A stretch of DNA of 64,000 bases, taken from assembly GCA_030390025.1 (NCBI GenBank), contig CM059432.1, positions 558,001-622,000 of the forward strand, read 5' to 3'. A program made the translations under genes and the position numbers. The notes beneath the pieces are model-generated. The model ran no database searches, was not told the DNA's origin, and saw only the letters and a list, made by a program, of their open reading frames with translations. This DNA comes from Squalus acanthias. Taxonomy: Eukaryota. Below are positions 47,161 through 61,419 of the stretch, in pieces (position 1 is the first letter of the stretch; every line of letters begins with the position of its first letter).

Positions 47161-48591
47161 CTATGGAGCAAAATAAAGTTTAGTTCAGTACCAACAGGTC
47201 TGGACACAAGTGATCAGATTACTACAAGACAAAAATTTGTAAACTTGAAATAGCAATGAGTATACTCCATGCTTCAGAGAAACAATTGACTATTTGTAAA
47301 ACCTAGTAAAGTTAGAAAGTATTACCAACAGGCACGTAGAATTAGAAAACTCCCATCTCCTGGCAACATATGCAAAGTTCTGAGCCAGCAAAGGCTCATT
47401 TACATTGAATATCCAATTCAAATCCTTGCATATTTGATTTCCTCATGTCTCATCACAAAAGTAGAGCACCATTTTAAAAAGGTCATTTCAACACGAAAGT
47501 GGAATATTTACTCAATCTGTTGGCGGTGGGGGGAGGGGGGGGGTCAATTGAAAATTTCAAAACAGGTGTTAGGCAAGAGTAGGAGTGTTTTGAAACCAAG
47601 GTAGGTAGATGGAGTTACAATACAGATCAGCCATGATTAAATTGAATGGCAGAACAGGCTCAAGTTCTTATGATATTAATGTGCTGAACAGCATATTACA
47701 ATAGTGCACATCATTTACTTCAATACTATTGGTTTCCTCTTGAATCCCATTACCATTCAATTTTTCTGTCTGCCTCAATAGCATTATGTTTTAATAACCC
47801 TTGGGAGGAAAAATGATTGGGTCTAACAGAAGGATGTAGACTCTAACATCACTATCCTCATCCTTTGGACAAACCCCCATAACTCAATTGAATTTAAAAA
47901 ACCCTTTAGAACTTATTTAAACCCATGGTTCCCAAAGCTCTCCACTGGGGTTCTCCCCTCACCTCCTGTCTGGGTCTGTTGTGGACTGAGATTGATCAAC
48001 AACTCCATTATTGTATCATGCAACTACCAGGATGGTAGAAGGTGAACAAGATGGACCCTGATCTTTCATCCAGCAATTCCCATTTTCATTGTGAATCTTC
48101 ACTACCCTTTCCATGACATGAATATCCTTCCACTAATGGGTGCCTAGAACTCCATACAACATGGAGTTTAGGGTGCATTTCTTTTCATAGTTCTCATCTT
48201 CCTCCCACATCAATTTACCCCCACTCTGCTGTACACAACCCACTAACCCACTGATTTAATTTGCATTAAATAACAAACATTCAGCTCTACTGATTGAAAC
48301 CATCAGAGAGAATTACAAAGCTGACCAGATTAGATTCAGGTGGAGCCCAAACTACACAGTACTCCAACAGAGGTCAAAGTTTTATATAGATTTGCCATTG
48401 CACCAACTCTTGCATTCTATACCTCTACAAAACCCAGTATCCATTTGTGCCTTGCAACAAACTCCCAGGCTAATCAAGACAGCTATTCACAGGAATCCCA
48501 CAACTGAACCAGTGCTGTATTAGACATAAAAATGTAGCTTTAACCAAACTTTAAAAATGTTTGATAAAAAAAATGTTCTTCCTCCCATTCT

Positions 48592-48991
48592 GGGCAACAC
48601 AGTGGCATAGTGGTTAGCACTGGTGCCTCACAGCGCCAGGGACCCGGGTTCGAATCTGGCCTCGGGTGACTGTCTGTGTGGAGTTTGCACATTCTCCCCG
48701 TGTCTGCGTGGGTTTTCTCCGGGTGCTCCGGTTTCCTCCCACAGTCCAAAAATGTGCGGGTTAGGTTGATTTGGCTGTGATAAATTGACCCTTAGTGTTA
48801 GGGGGGGGATTAAATATGTGGGGTTACGGGGATAGGATGGGATATGTGTCGGTGCAGGCTCGATGGGGATTCTGTGTGAGAAAGCAGGGACAGGGTACTG
48901 GATTTGGATGATCAGCCATGATCGTATTGAATGGTGGAGCAGGCTCGACGGGCCGAATGGCCTACTCCTGCTCCTAGTTTCTTTGTTTCTG
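48592..48991 (+). mobile_element. V-SINE (HE1-like)
   Basis: Same head, V-domain and tail as 15552-15968. Confidence 0.85.
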
Positions 48992-49158
48992 TAAGCTTAC
49001 ACAAAACAGCTAATAACTGAATTCACCATCACAGCAACATTGATGGGCAATGAAATTTACCACATTTTGCACTACTGAAATGCAAGAATGTGATAGCTAG
49101 TCTGTTGGTTAGTGGAATAAAGGAGCTCTGAGAGCCCATATAGAATTCCAATACTTAC

Positions 49159-49293
49159 CACAATGGGCCGCACCCATTTAGTTAATAAAAATGGTGCATA
49201 GATATGTTTGAAGCATCTGAAGAGGAGTTCTTCTGAATGGCCTGTATCAGCTTTTTCCTGTTTCACACAACACACTATATCCATACGATTACT
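49159..49293 (-). CDS. NPC1: NPC1 exon 16
   Basis: SNRMDIVCCVKQEKADTGHSEELLFRCFKHIYAPFLLTKWVRPIV, ag/gt. Confidence 0.93.
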
Positions 49294-49717
49294 CTGCAAC
49301 AATGAAGATACATAAGAACTTTCATTTACATAGTGCCTTTAACATAGTAAAACATCCCACAGTGCTTTACAGGCACATTCAGACACAATGACAGCCATGG
49401 AGATATGAGGACAGGTGACCAAAAGCTTCGTCAAAGAAGTAGGTTTTAAGGAGCATCTTGGAGGTAGAGGGAATTCCAGGGCTTAGGGTCCAACCGCCAA
49501 TGGTGGTGATAGAAATTGGAAGCGCGAGCGATGCCAGAGAGGCCATGGAAGAATTTGTACATGAGAATTTTTTTTATAAAGGCATTGCTGGACTGGGAGC
49601 CAATGTAGGTCAGTGAACACAAGGTGATGGTGAATGGGACTTGGAGTTAGGATATGAGCAGCAGAGTTTTGGATGAGCTCAAGTTTATGGAGGGTGGAAG
49701 ATGGGAGGCCAGAGGTT

Positions 49718-50063
49718 CTGTGTGGAGTTTGCACATTCTCCCAGTGTCTGCGTGGGTTTCCTACAGGTGCTCCGGTTTCCTCAGTCCAAAAATGTGCGGG
49801 TTAGGTTGATTTGGCTATGATAAATTGACCCAGTGTTAGGGGGGGATTAAATATGTGGGATTATGGGGATAGGATGGGATATGTTAGGGGGAATTAAATA
49901 TACGTGGGGTTATGGGGTAGGGTGGGATATGTGTACTGTGGGGATTAAAGCAGGGACAGGGTACTGGATTTGGATGATCAGCCATGATCGTATTGAATGG
50001 TGGAGCAGGCTCGACGGGCCAAATGGCCTACTCCTGCTCCTAGATTCTATGTTTCTATGTTTC
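49718..50063 (+). mobile_element. 5'-truncated V-SINE
   Basis: Starts within the V-domain. The tail matches 15552-15968. Confidence 0.8.
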
Positions 50064-50111
50064 AGACAGGAGTCAATTGGAGCTTCATTCCAACATGTAG
50101 ACTCAACTCAC

Positions 50112-50239
50112 CTCTTGCCGCTGGATATCCAGCCCAAAGAGACTTACAAAGCAGGTTATCTGGAGTATGAAGTCTATAAATACAGCCATTCCTGCAAATA
50201 GGGAGAAGGTGCGGACTGCTGGCATCGTGGATAACGAAC
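50112..50239 (-). CDS. NPC1: NPC1 exon 15
   Basis: 128 nt. [43 protein letters not shown] (end of the sterol-sensing domain). Confidence 0.94.
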
Positions 50240-51564
50240 CTAAAAAAGACCCAAATGTACATTATAGAACACAAACAGGCCATCCAGCCCAACAGGTCTA
50301 TGCTCTACACAAGCCTCATTTACTTCATCTCTCCTTAGACATCCTACCATTCCTCCTGCACTAACCAGCCTCCCCTTAAAAATGCATTTGTTAATTGCCT
50401 CAACTGCTCCATGTAATTAGTGACCAACAGTAAAGCACACAGTTTGAACCATGCAAGTGTATTTTAAAAAAAAGATATTGGCTCATTCCTAAGCAAAATT
50501 ATTCCAACTGCTATACTTATTGGTAGACACTCAGCACTATTTACCCATCATTTTCTCCTAATTGTGTACAGGACACTGCACATTTCCCTTGCTGGGAACT
50601 GAATGCAGTATTCAAAGTACAGCCTTATCAAAGCACTATGGCTCCAGAATGATAAATTCAACACATGCACTGAACAGGCAATACAGCTCATTGCTTCCTG
50701 ATCTCAGCTGGTCATTGAAGATTAGGTCTTCCATTTCTGTCTTACTTTTGCAGTATCTTTTCAATTTCATCTGCCATAAGATTTCTTCACTTGCAAATAT
50801 CATCCAGGTCTTTCTATGGTGACTATAGTTCCTTAGCCACTTAATCCACCCATAACATCTGAATGACAATCTAGGTAATGCTGCTGGTCAACTTTGTCAT
50901 GCTTATTTCAATACAATAGCATCTTTAAAACTATTGTACAAATATTTACTTTAAGGGTTTTGTGGTACAGGGGCATCCTATAATGGATTGTTAGGCTTTA
51001 GCATAAGACTCAACATGCATCTCCTGCAGGAATTATGCAAGTGGATGAACAAGGATGTTGGAGAAAGCTTAGCATATATTCAATTTCATAGCAATTTTTG
51101 CTAGTAAGTGAACAGTACAGATGTACCTCACTAATGATTGTCATAGACCAAGTTATTAGTACTTGGATATGCACTTGCAATGTTTAACCTACAATGCTAT
51201 GGACAAAGCTGGAAAGTGGGATTAGGCCTGATGTCAGTTCTAGCCAAACCTTCTGTGCCATAAATCTCTAATTCTGTGAACAAAGGGTGACAAAACAGAC
51301 CTCAAAGCAAAACAGAAAAATGGAAATACCCAAGATTAGTTAGCAACTGTTGACCCAAAACAAGAGCTATGTGAAACATTTAGTTCTCTCCAGAGGTTGA
51401 CCGACTTGAATGCTTCCAGTACTATTAGTTTCAGATTTCCAGGTTCTTAAAGAGTTTTATTTCCAAGCTAACCATTTGTACTTTGAATTACAATTTGCAT
51501 TCCTTGCATCAAATGCTTCATGAACAAAAAACAATCTCTTGCAGCATTGCCTCCCTCACATGTA

Positions 51565-52138
51565 GTCATACAGCACAGAAAGAGGCCCTTTGGCCCATCG
51601 TGTCCGCGCCGGCCATCAAGCCCCGTCTATTCTAATCCCATTTTCCAGCACTTGGTCCGTAGCCTTGTATGCTATGGCGTTTCAAGTGCTCATCTAAATG
51701 CTTCTTGAATGTTGAGGGTTCCTGCCTCTACCACCCTTTCAGGCAGTAAGTGCCAGATTCCAACCACCCGCTGGGTGAAAAAGTTTCCTCAAATCCCCTC
51801 TAAACCTCCTGCCCCTTACCTTGAAACTATGCCCCCTGGTTATTGACCCCTCTACTAAGGGGAAAAGTTCCTTTCTATCTACACCCCTCAATTTTGTACA
51901 TCTCAATCAGGCCCCCTCAGCCTTGTCTGCTCTAAGGAAAACAACCCCAGCCTGTCCAGTCTCTCTTCATAGCTGAGGTGCTGCAGCCCAGGTAACATCC
52001 TGGTGAATCTCCTCTGCACCTTCTCCAATGCAATCACATCCTTCCTATAGTGTGGCGACCAGAACTGCACATTATGCCAGCTGTGGCCTAACTAGTGTTT
52101 TGTACAGCTCCATAACCTCCCTGCTCTTATATTCTATG
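51565..52138 (-). mobile_element. CR1 LINE 3' fragment
   Basis: Reverse complement of the CR1 end seen at 38640-39210. Confidence 0.75.
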
Positions 52139-52173
52139 TAAAGAAAGTATTTTCCCATCAGTGCACCACATAC

Positions 52174-52288
52174 CCAGAAAGAATGCCACAGTCTCAGAGA
52201 AGGACGACAGGAATATACTCGGCGCTACTGCCCCCAGTACTCTGCCAATCTGCTGGTCGAGTGGTTCATTCGGTAACCGTCTGTCTCT
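52174..52288 (-). CDS. NPC1: NPC1 exon 14
   Basis: 115 nt. [38 protein letters not shown]. Confidence 0.95.
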
Positions 52289-52388
52289 CTGGATAGGAAG
52301 AAGAGGAAGATAAGTGTACTCCATGCATGCGGTCCAAGTTAAGCATATGCTGGTGAAAACATTCAGAACACTAAAATAGCATCAATAC

Positions 52389-52571
52389 CCGAAATGTCTG
52401 AACGATGATAAAGATGTTGTCTACACCAACTGCCAACACCAAAAAGGGGATGACTTCAATCACGATCAGTGTGAGGGAAAGACCAGCGTAGCTGAAAATC
52501 CCCAGAGAGCAGGCCACTGAGCTCAGGACAATCACAATACCAGCAACTCCAAGAGAAATCTTCGAGTCCAC
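52389..52571 (-). CDS. NPC1: NPC1 exon 13
   Basis: 183 nt. [24 protein letters not shown]...[23 protein letters not shown] (sterol-sensing domain). Confidence 0.95.
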
Positions 52572-54115
52572 CTACAAAAGATTGTAAAGACGATAGCAAA
52601 ATTGCTGGCACAATATGCAAAACTCACAGCAAGAAATCAGTTTACATCAATATGGCTATGGAGTACTTCTGCAACATTATAAAGATTCAGTTTATCCCAC
52701 TTCAATCAAATGCTTGGTATAATCTGAAGAAAATCCTAATCTAAAAGTATCCATGTCTTAAATCACTGAAAGCCAGTGGAGCTTTCAAAAATTCTGGTCA
52801 CCTGGCCAATGCTCCCTGTAAGCTGCACTTTGTTCTGCGCAGCCTGTTTTAGTGTACAGTCCCTTTAAATTTCTGTGCACATGCAGTATTCACAGAGCAG
52901 GGCTTGCATGGAACCTTTCCCATTACTGCACACCCCACAGCTTAGAGGGAAAACATTGCTTGTGGGGTGGCAACAGTGAAACCTTCTGACTATTTGCATG
53001 CAACAGTTTGCCAACCATTTTAGAAATCCAGAACCAAGCCTTTATACATTACCAGAATTCAGTTTTATTAATTTAGAACCATGAAAATTAGTTGCATTGA
53101 AGTAGACAAGTTACTGACAGCACTTGTTAAAATCCATGTTGTGTGTTTTACAAAATGCTAATGAAAGCATTTCCATCAGTTATCATCTGCTGTTAAGCAA
53201 CTGAAATTCAAGTTGTGTCAAGTTAATCCTCAAATTATTAATGGTGAAACTGTTACTCCTGTTGGTTGAAGGTTTATTTGCCTGAAATGTTATAATTATG
53301 AACTTAATCTTTGCAATAGCTGTGTAAATTCATTTTGGCAGGAGATATTTAAAAGTGGAAGAAATAATCCAATTCTATTAGCAGGCAAAGCTTAATGAGT
53401 GGGGTTTTAATTAATGTGTAGTTAGGTCTGAATATTTTAAAGAGTAGAATGCTTGTTACGCAAGGTGGATGGCTTATTTAGGAAACACTGATCAAGGTCC
53501 TTCAACTCATCACCATGCCCATTTGTCCTCACTTAACCCTCCAGTCTGGCTCCTGCCCTAACTAGTCACAAACATCCTTAGGCTGTGGTGCTTCATCACT
53601 CTTCAATTTGACACCATCCCACCAACTCCTCTACCTTATTGCTCAGTGAGTGACTGAACTGGCAGGGTTCCATTACTATCCAAATGTAGTCAGGCCATCT
53701 CTAGCAATGGCTTCTCTTTCCAACCTGCAGTCACATCCCAAAGATACCTTTGCTCCCTCCTCATGTTACTCCTCAGGTGATGTTATCTGTAGACAGTGTC
53801 TGCTTCCACATGCATGTTGCTGACACCCAATTCCAACCACCCCTCATGTCCAACTGCTTATCTAAAGCACCATGGGAAACTTTAAAAACCATTAAAGGCA
53901 ATGTATGAAAGGAAATAATGAAAATGCTGGAAACACTTGGCATCTGGGGAGAGAACTGTTTCTCTCCAGATGTTGCCTGACCTGCTGAGTGTTGCCAACA
54001 TTGTCATCTGCAGTATTTTTCTTTTGACATAACAGAAGTGGTTGACTGGAGGCCACCCAGTGTTAGGAGGAGCATATCTTGCCTGCCTCAGGTCTGCTAG
54101 CTGATTTTACAAGAA

Positions 54116-54546
54116 AAAAGACTTGCATTTATATAGCACCTTTCACGACCACTGGACATCTCAAAGCACTTTAGTCAATGAAGTACTTTTGAAGTGGAGT
54201 CACTGTTGTAATGTGGGCAACACAGCAGCCAATTTGTGCACAGCAAGCTCCCACAAACAGCAATGAGATAATGACCAGATAATCTGTTTGTTTTGTTGGT
54301 GGAGGGATAAATATTGGCCCCAGGAATAACTCCCCTGCTCTTCAATAGTGCCATGGGGGTCTTATGGCCACTTGCGCACGCAGATGGGGCCTCGGTTTAA
54401 CGTCTCATCCGAAGGACGGTACCTCTGACAGTGCAGCACGCCACTGGAGTTTCAGCCTAGCTTTGTGCTCAAGTCCCTGGAGTGAGACTTGAACCCACAA
54501 CCTTAGGACTCAGGAAAAGTGTGCTATCCACTGAGCCACAGCTGAC
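54116..54546 (-). mobile_element. Deu-domain SINE (SacSINE1-like); partial copies at ~5790-6045, 6527-6730, 22570-22830, 23306-23508
   Basis: tRNA-like head (gtcagctgtggctcagtgg...gggttcaagtc on -) and a core tgctgtttgtgggagcttgctgtgcacaaattggctgc. The family name is from memory. Confidence 0.6.
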
Positions 54547-54805
54547 AGTGAAGCAACAGTGTACTACTGCTGCTGGGAATGCAAATCTTCCATTGCCAAC
54601 TACTGATCTAGAACACCAATCCAATAATTTAACAAGTCTTTGCTGATGGACATTAGAGGATTACACTGAAAAGCAGGTTTTTTTTGGCCTAGTGCCTTGG
54701 CTAATCTTTCTTGCTCACCCAACAGCAAACGCTTGCTCTCAATAGAAGCTTCATATTCCACTAAAAACAAAACCCATTGAAATAGTGCATTCCAGCTACA
54801 CCCAC

Positions 54806-54995
54806 CAGGAGAGTTGTGCAGCTCTTGATGTGCCCCAAGGCAATGGAGATGTACACAAACATGATCACATAGCTAATGAGAATTGTATTGATGTCACTGC
54901 TACTTTCACGATTTATCTCGTCTTCAATGCTTCGTTCAGAGGAGAATGCAATGGTCAAGTTGGAATCATTATAATTTTTCAGGAAATTAATAAAT
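54806..54995 (-). CDS. NPC1: NPC1 exon 12
   Basis: 190 nt. [34 protein letters not shown]...[12 protein letters not shown]. Confidence 0.95.
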
Positions 54996-55147
54996 CTGAA
55001 GAAAAAACAAATGTCAGTCCAATTAATGTGTTCCACAAAAGTTTATTTATCTTAATAGGAGGCACAATCTAGCTATAAAAAAGGAACTACTGGTTTACTT
55101 ATGCATTCCAGTCAAATATAACATTTTCCCAAAAGAAAATTACTTAC

Positions 55148-55250
55148 TCCTTCTCCCAAGCCAAAGCTTTGTTGAGTTTCTCGGAGTCATTGTGATAATT
55201 ATTGACAGGGAAAGTGATCACTAGTGCTGTAGCATTGTTATAATCATCAT
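55148..55250 (-). CDS. NPC1: NPC1 exon 11
   Basis: 103 nt. [35 protein letters not shown]. Confidence 0.94.
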
Positions 55251-56649
55251 CTGTGGGGTCAAAAGAGAAAGTCACTACTCTACTAGAATATCAAAATGTG
55301 CAGCCAGTGTCAGATTCCAACATTTTGAAGCAATTGTTAATTTCTCCCCTGCCCAGTTGCCCATGAATTAGAACACTAGTACTCGTGATATCAGAAGGTC
55401 CTTCTGTTCTGATATGAAGTAGAGGTGTAGGAGGAAACATGTTTTCATGCAATTTAGCAGGAAAGAATGGTTTTCTCCTTCCTCTTAACCCCTTCCAACT
55501 CCTGCCTTCTCAAAAAAATACCCCCTTGCATTGTCAAATACTAAAAAACATCCCAAGTCAACTTGCCTAGACTGAAAGTACACTAGAGGCCACTTGCTAG
55601 CCCATGATCTTGCTCATTCATTTCCAATGGGCAGGAGAATGGTGGGCTGGCAGAATGAGAAAGCCTGGAGTCTAACTATGTAACTACCATGCAGACAGAA
55701 TCCAATTTGTTCTGCACCAGTTTCTTCAGTCACTGCTAGTTTAAGGAAAAGGATGGCTTAGTTTTAGTTTCCCCATAATAGTGGCAAAATATCCAATTAT
55801 TTGTAAGCCAAGAAATTCCTAAATTGTGAACATAGCAAGTATCTATTCACCAGTGAAAAATCAGCATGGCTCAGTTAATGCACTCACCTTGGAGTCAGGC
55901 ATTGGTGGGTTCAACCTACAGCAGGATGAGTATACAATCCAGGCCAACACTTGCAGCACTGAGGGCGTTCTGCATAGTCAGGTGAAATGTTTAAATGAGA
56001 CATTAACCCAAGGCCCTGACTGCTTGTTCCTACAGTGTTCTTTGGAAGAGCAGAACTTACATGTCTTTGCCAACATTCCTTCCTCAACCAATACCAAAGA
56101 TTCACTGCTTAATTCATCTCATTTGCTACGTAGCATGGAGTGCAAACTGGCTGCTAGTTGACTGCTAGGTAACTACTTCAAATAGTAATTGTTTTCAATC
56201 ACTTGGCAGGTCCCAAAAATAAAGCACTGAATTTTTGAAATGCACCTGGTTATAACTGGGAAGGAATCTAAACATGTACTAAAGTCCCTTTCTTTCTCTA
56301 TGGGAACGAAATGTCTATCCTCAACTTCCCTGGCACTTACTGCTGAACAGCCAGTACCATTGTTCCAGCCAAGCTGCGCAGCAGTCTGGAGGTCCTGCAC
56401 ACAAAAGAGGGAACATTGGCCAGCACCCCAATTCAATTGATTACACAATTTAAACTCCCTCCTTTTATTTCCAACAGCATTAGATCTGAACTGGAGTGAA
56501 ATGGATCTCTGCTTCAAATGCATTTTACACCAAAAATAGAGCTATTTAAGGAAGAAAGTTTGTGGTTCCAATGGCAAGAGGGAAACCCCTTACTGCTAGT
56601 CAAGTTTGTGGAGGGTTTAAAAAAGTTGAAGTACAGCAAACCAATTAGA

Positions 56650-57810
56650 CAACAATTTGTATTTATATAGCACCTTAAATGTAGTAAAACATCCCAAGGT
56701 GCTGCACAGGAGTATTTTAACAAAAAATGACACCAAGCCACAAGGATACATTAGGGCAGGTGACCAAAAGCTTGGTCAAAGAAGTAGGTTTTAAGGAGCA
56801 TCTTAAAAAAGGAGGGGAGCAGAGTGGTTTAGGCAGGGAATTCCAGAGCTTGGGGCCCAGGCAACAGAAGGCATGGCCACCAATGGTTGAGCAATTATAA
56901 ATCAGGGATGCTCAAGAGGGCAGATATCTCGGGGGGGGGGTGGCTGAAGGAGATTAGAGATAGGAAAGGGAGAGGCTATGGAGGGATTTGAAAGTGAGAA
57001 TTTTGAAAAGAGAGGTGCTATTTAACTGGGAGCCAATGTAGGTCAGTGAGCACAGGGGTGATGGGCAAACAGGTTTTGGTGCAAGTTAGGACACAGGCAG
57101 CAGAGTTTTGGATGACCTCAAGTTTATGTAGGGTGGAATGTGGGAGGCCAGCCAGGAGTGTGTTGGAATAGTCAAGTCTAGAGGTAACAAAGGCATGGAT
57201 GAGGGTTTCAGCAGCCGATAAACTGAGGCAAGGGTGGAGACGGGCGATGTTACGAGGTGGAAGTAGGCGGTCTTTGTTACGCTGCAGATAGGTGGTCAGA
57301 AGCTAATTTCAGGGTCAAATATGATAAGGTTGCGAACAGTGGTTCAGCCTCAGACAGATGTTAGAAGGATAGAGGCAGTGGCTAGGGAGCAGAGTTTGTG
57401 GCAGGGACTGAACACAATGGCTTTGGTCTTCCCAATATTTAACTGGAGAAAATTTTTGCTTATCCAGAACTGTCGGACAAGCAGTCTAACAATGATGTCA
57501 CCAAGGGGCAACATGTAGGTGAGAAATAGGAGGGGGCCAAGGATAGATCCAGGGTAATGGTGTGGGAGCAGAAGAGAAGCCGTTGCAGGTGATTCTCTGG
57601 TTACAAGTAGATAAAGAATGGAATCAGGAGAGTAGTCCCACCCAGCTTGACGACAGTGGCGAGGCATAGAAGGATGACGTGGTCAACTGTGTCAAAGGCT
57701 GCAGACAAGTCAAGAAGGAATAGTTTACTTTTGTCAGTCACAAAGGATGTCATTTGTGACTTTGAGTGCTGTTTCAGTACTGTGGCAAGGGTGGAAACCT
57801 GATTGGAGAG
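56650..57810 (-). mobile_element. L2-type LINE fragment
   Basis: GSILGPLLFLTYMLPLGDII...NFLQLNIGKTKAIVF. Related 3' ends lie at ~8640-8985 (+) and 49315-49712 (-). Confidence 0.75.
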
Positions 57811-57900
57811 AAGTTAACCCAACACAAGAAAATCCCACACATAGCAATTAAGTGATGCATCAGAAAGTTTGTTGCAATTCCAAATTGAAGATTGGCTTAC

Positions 57901-58001
57901 CATTATATCCTCCTACAACCAGCCATGGAAAAACTGGTCCACCAAATGTGCCCAAGCAGGGGTCATGGAGCATAGTTGTATCATTCAGTGAAGTTGGAGC
58001 C
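57901..58001 (-). CDS. NPC1: NPC1 exon 10
   Basis: 101 nt. [33 protein letters not shown]. Confidence 0.94.
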
Positions 58002-60748
58002 CTGTTTAAAAAGTCAATGTTTTAGGATTGGTTAATTGGAGTTGCAGCAGACATGGGGGGGTCTAAATTGGAACTGTTCTGCTCCAATGTAAAATAAACT
58101 GAAGTTTTGTAGTTATCACACTGTACAAAGTAAAAACATTGTTAACTGATGTTTAGCAAAAAGTGTTTGATCAGCCCCAAATATGAGCCAATGCCAACAC
58201 TTCACCCTGCCACCACATCCTGCAACTCAAACACCACAGGAAATACACATTTATTACACTTCAACACCCTCCACCATCCCCAAAAAATCATTCATCAAGA
58301 CTTGAAGCAAATTTACTTGGGACTATTTTGAACAATTTAAAAGGAAATTTACTTTAGAGTTAAAGGATTTTGGGCACAACCTTTAGGTTAGAAAGGCATT
58401 TGAGAATTAGTGTAGCGCATATCAGATATTTTGAAATCTGTGGGATAAATACTGGATAGGCTAAAGGGCACTTAATACTAAATTCCTAGACTAGATGGCA
58501 TGCATCTTGGTGGAAACAGACTAGGTATGGTGAACACTTGTTAATCTATATTTAACAAATCAGGTGCATGGATTCAAGGTCCATAAAACCAATGGAGCCC
58601 ATTGCAACCAGTGAGCTCTAGGAGCACCTGTAGAGCAATAGGTTTCCAATCTAGGCCACAAAAATGTGACCCACTGTGGAAACAAAATGCAACAGTCAAA
58701 TGTGAGTGATTACAGGGAGAGGATGCAGTTGTATGTTCCCATGTCAAATGAGTTAGGAAATTAGATAAATGGCAATTTAAAACCTGAGTATTGTACATGG
58801 GGTGGCAGAGCACAGGGACCTGGGTTAACATTAAACCAATATGGACCAGACAATGGAAAACAAATAAATCCATATCCCAAACAGTGGGTACAATTTGAGA
58901 TTGACAAAGTAAACAATTCAGTGGTTAGAACTGTGGCTGAGTACAATTCTGCTGGTCCCTTGGGATTAATTAACACATCATATACCAGCCATTACAACCC
59001 AAAGAACCAATTTAAGCAATACTACAAGGATCCTTGTAGCTTTCGGTACCACCTTAGCTAGGATCCCCCTGCAAAAGTCTAGAACCCACTGCTGTTGAAC
59101 ACAAAGTATATGCAGGTCTCAAAATCCTATTCACTAGGCAAGAAAATCTGGTGGTCCTTGACAGATCATCAAATTGCACAGCAGGTGGTCATTTGGCCCA
59201 TTGTGCTTGCTCTTTGAAAGCTATCCAGTTAGTCCCACTCCCCTGCTCTTGCCCCATGGCAGCAAGTTAAAAAAAAATGTTCATGGGAGGTAGGCATCAC
59301 TGGCATGGCCAGCATTTATTGCCCATCCCCAATTGCCCTTGAGGTGGCGAGTCATCTTGAACCACTACAGTCCTTGTGGAAACAATACTCCCACAATGCT
59401 GTTAGGGAGGGAGTTCCAGGATTTTGACCCAGTGACAATGAAGGAACAGAGATATTGCCAAATCAGGATGGTATACAACTTGGCGGGGGAACTTGGTGAT
59501 TGTGTTCCCACATGCCTGCTACCCTTGTCCTTCTAGGTGGTAGAAGTCACAGGTTTGGGAGGTGCTGACAAAGCAGCCTTAGTGAGTTGCTGCAGTGCAT
59601 CTTGTAGATGGCACACTGCAGCCATGGTGCACTGGTGGTGGAGGGAGTGAATGTTTAAGCTGGTGGATGGGGTACCAATCAAGCAGGTTGCTTTGTCCTG
59701 GATGGTGTCGAGCTGCAAGTGTTGTTGGTGCTGCACTCATCTAGGCAAGTGGAGAGTATTCCATCACACTCCTGACTGATAGTAGAAAGGCTTTGGGGAT
59801 TCAGGTGGCAATATATTTGCTGCACAATACTCAGTCTCTGACCTGCTCTTGTAGCTACAGTATTTATGTGGCTGGTTCAGTTAAGCTTCCTGTCAATGGG
59901 GACCCACCAAGATGTTAATGGTGGGTGATTTGAAGATGGTAATGCTGTTGAATGGCAAGGAGAAGTGGTTAGACTCTTGGATAGTCATTGCCTGGCACAT
60001 GTGGCATGAATGTTACTTGCCACACATCAGCCCAAGCCTGAATGTTGTCTAGGTCTTGCTGCATGAGGGCATGGACTGCTTCATTATTTGAGTTGCAAAT
60101 TGAAATATTGTAATCAGCAAACATCCCCACTTCTGACTTGGTGGGAAGTTCATTGGGCCAAGGACACTGCCCTGAGGAACCCTGCAGCAATGTCCTGGGA
60201 CAGAGATGATTGGCCAACAACTGCAACCATCTTCCTTTGTGCTAGCATGAGTCCAGCTAGTATCTAGCCAATTCCCTTTTGAATCTGCTTCCACCACCTG
60301 TTCAGGCAGCACATTCCAGATCACAACTCTAAACATCTCCCTTCTGGTTCTTTTGCCAATTATCTTAAACCTGTGCCCTCTGGTTACCAACATTCCTGCC
60401 AATAGTTTTTCCTTATTTACTTTATCTAAAGCCTTCAGCATATGGTTTAGCAATTTTAAGGTAGTTTGACACCCCTCCCATGAAGTCCCCAAGCACAGAT
60501 ATTATTCAAAAAAATCTTGGGCTACAAAGTAAAAGGAGTAACAAACTAAACCTTGAGGCCCCACCCAAGTCTATGCAATGAGGAATCTACAAATATCACC
60601 ATGCAAGATTTAGATGCCTTGAATTTCCACTGGGGTTTATCCAGCAAGAGATCAGTGGAACACCTGACGTTATGGTAGGAGACAGATAACACCCCTGTGG
60701 AGATTCAGGGCTGGAACATTTATTACACCCTAGTCAATGGTCACATAC

Positions 60749-60975
60749 CTAGTGCAGTACAGAAAGTGACTATGGTAGTCAGCGTACACATAAAAGTCAT
60801 CACCAATAAAATGATCAAGGACAGTGTGACTGTTTTGAAAGTAGTTCAAGACACTCAAGATGGTACAGTTGTTGTTATATGGAGCCAAAGGTGCCAAGCA
60901 GATGTCCTGCAGCATCACAGTTTCATTCTTGTAAGGGGCTTCTAAATCTTGAATTGCATCCTGCAAATCCAGCAC
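60749..60975 (-). CDS. NPC1: NPC1 exon 9
   Basis: 227 nt. [30 protein letters not shown]...[18 protein letters not shown]. Confidence 0.95.
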
Positions 60976-61419
60976 CTAAATCAAAAGTACTTGGTCTTAA
61001 ATTGGAACCAGTGCTGTGCACATCATTGTGGCAAAAAACAAGTTACATAGAATCATACAGCAGAAGGAGACTATTCAGCTAATGCCTAGTCCCACACCCT
61101 TGCTCATCCCCACAGTCCTGTAATTTTCTCAAGTATTTATCAAATTACCTTTTGAAAGTTATTAATCGGTTTCCACATCACAACATGCCATGTAAAAAAA
61201 ATTCTCATCTCACTTTTAGCCAATTACCTTAATTCTGCTCTGGTTACCAACACTTCTGCAGTTGAAACAGCTTCTCCCAATTTATCAAAACCCTATTAAA
61301 TCTCAACATTTTCTGCTCAAAGAACAATCCCAGCCTCTAGTCTCAATGCAACTGCAGGCCCTCATCCCTGGTACCATTCTAGTAAGAGTCTCCTAAAGTG
61401 ATTCTAAAACAGAACAAAC

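Noticed and set aside
53915..54025. Small inverted repeat as a miRNA hairpin
   Set aside because: It matches degraded head-to-head Penelope terminal sequence, like 10725-10815.
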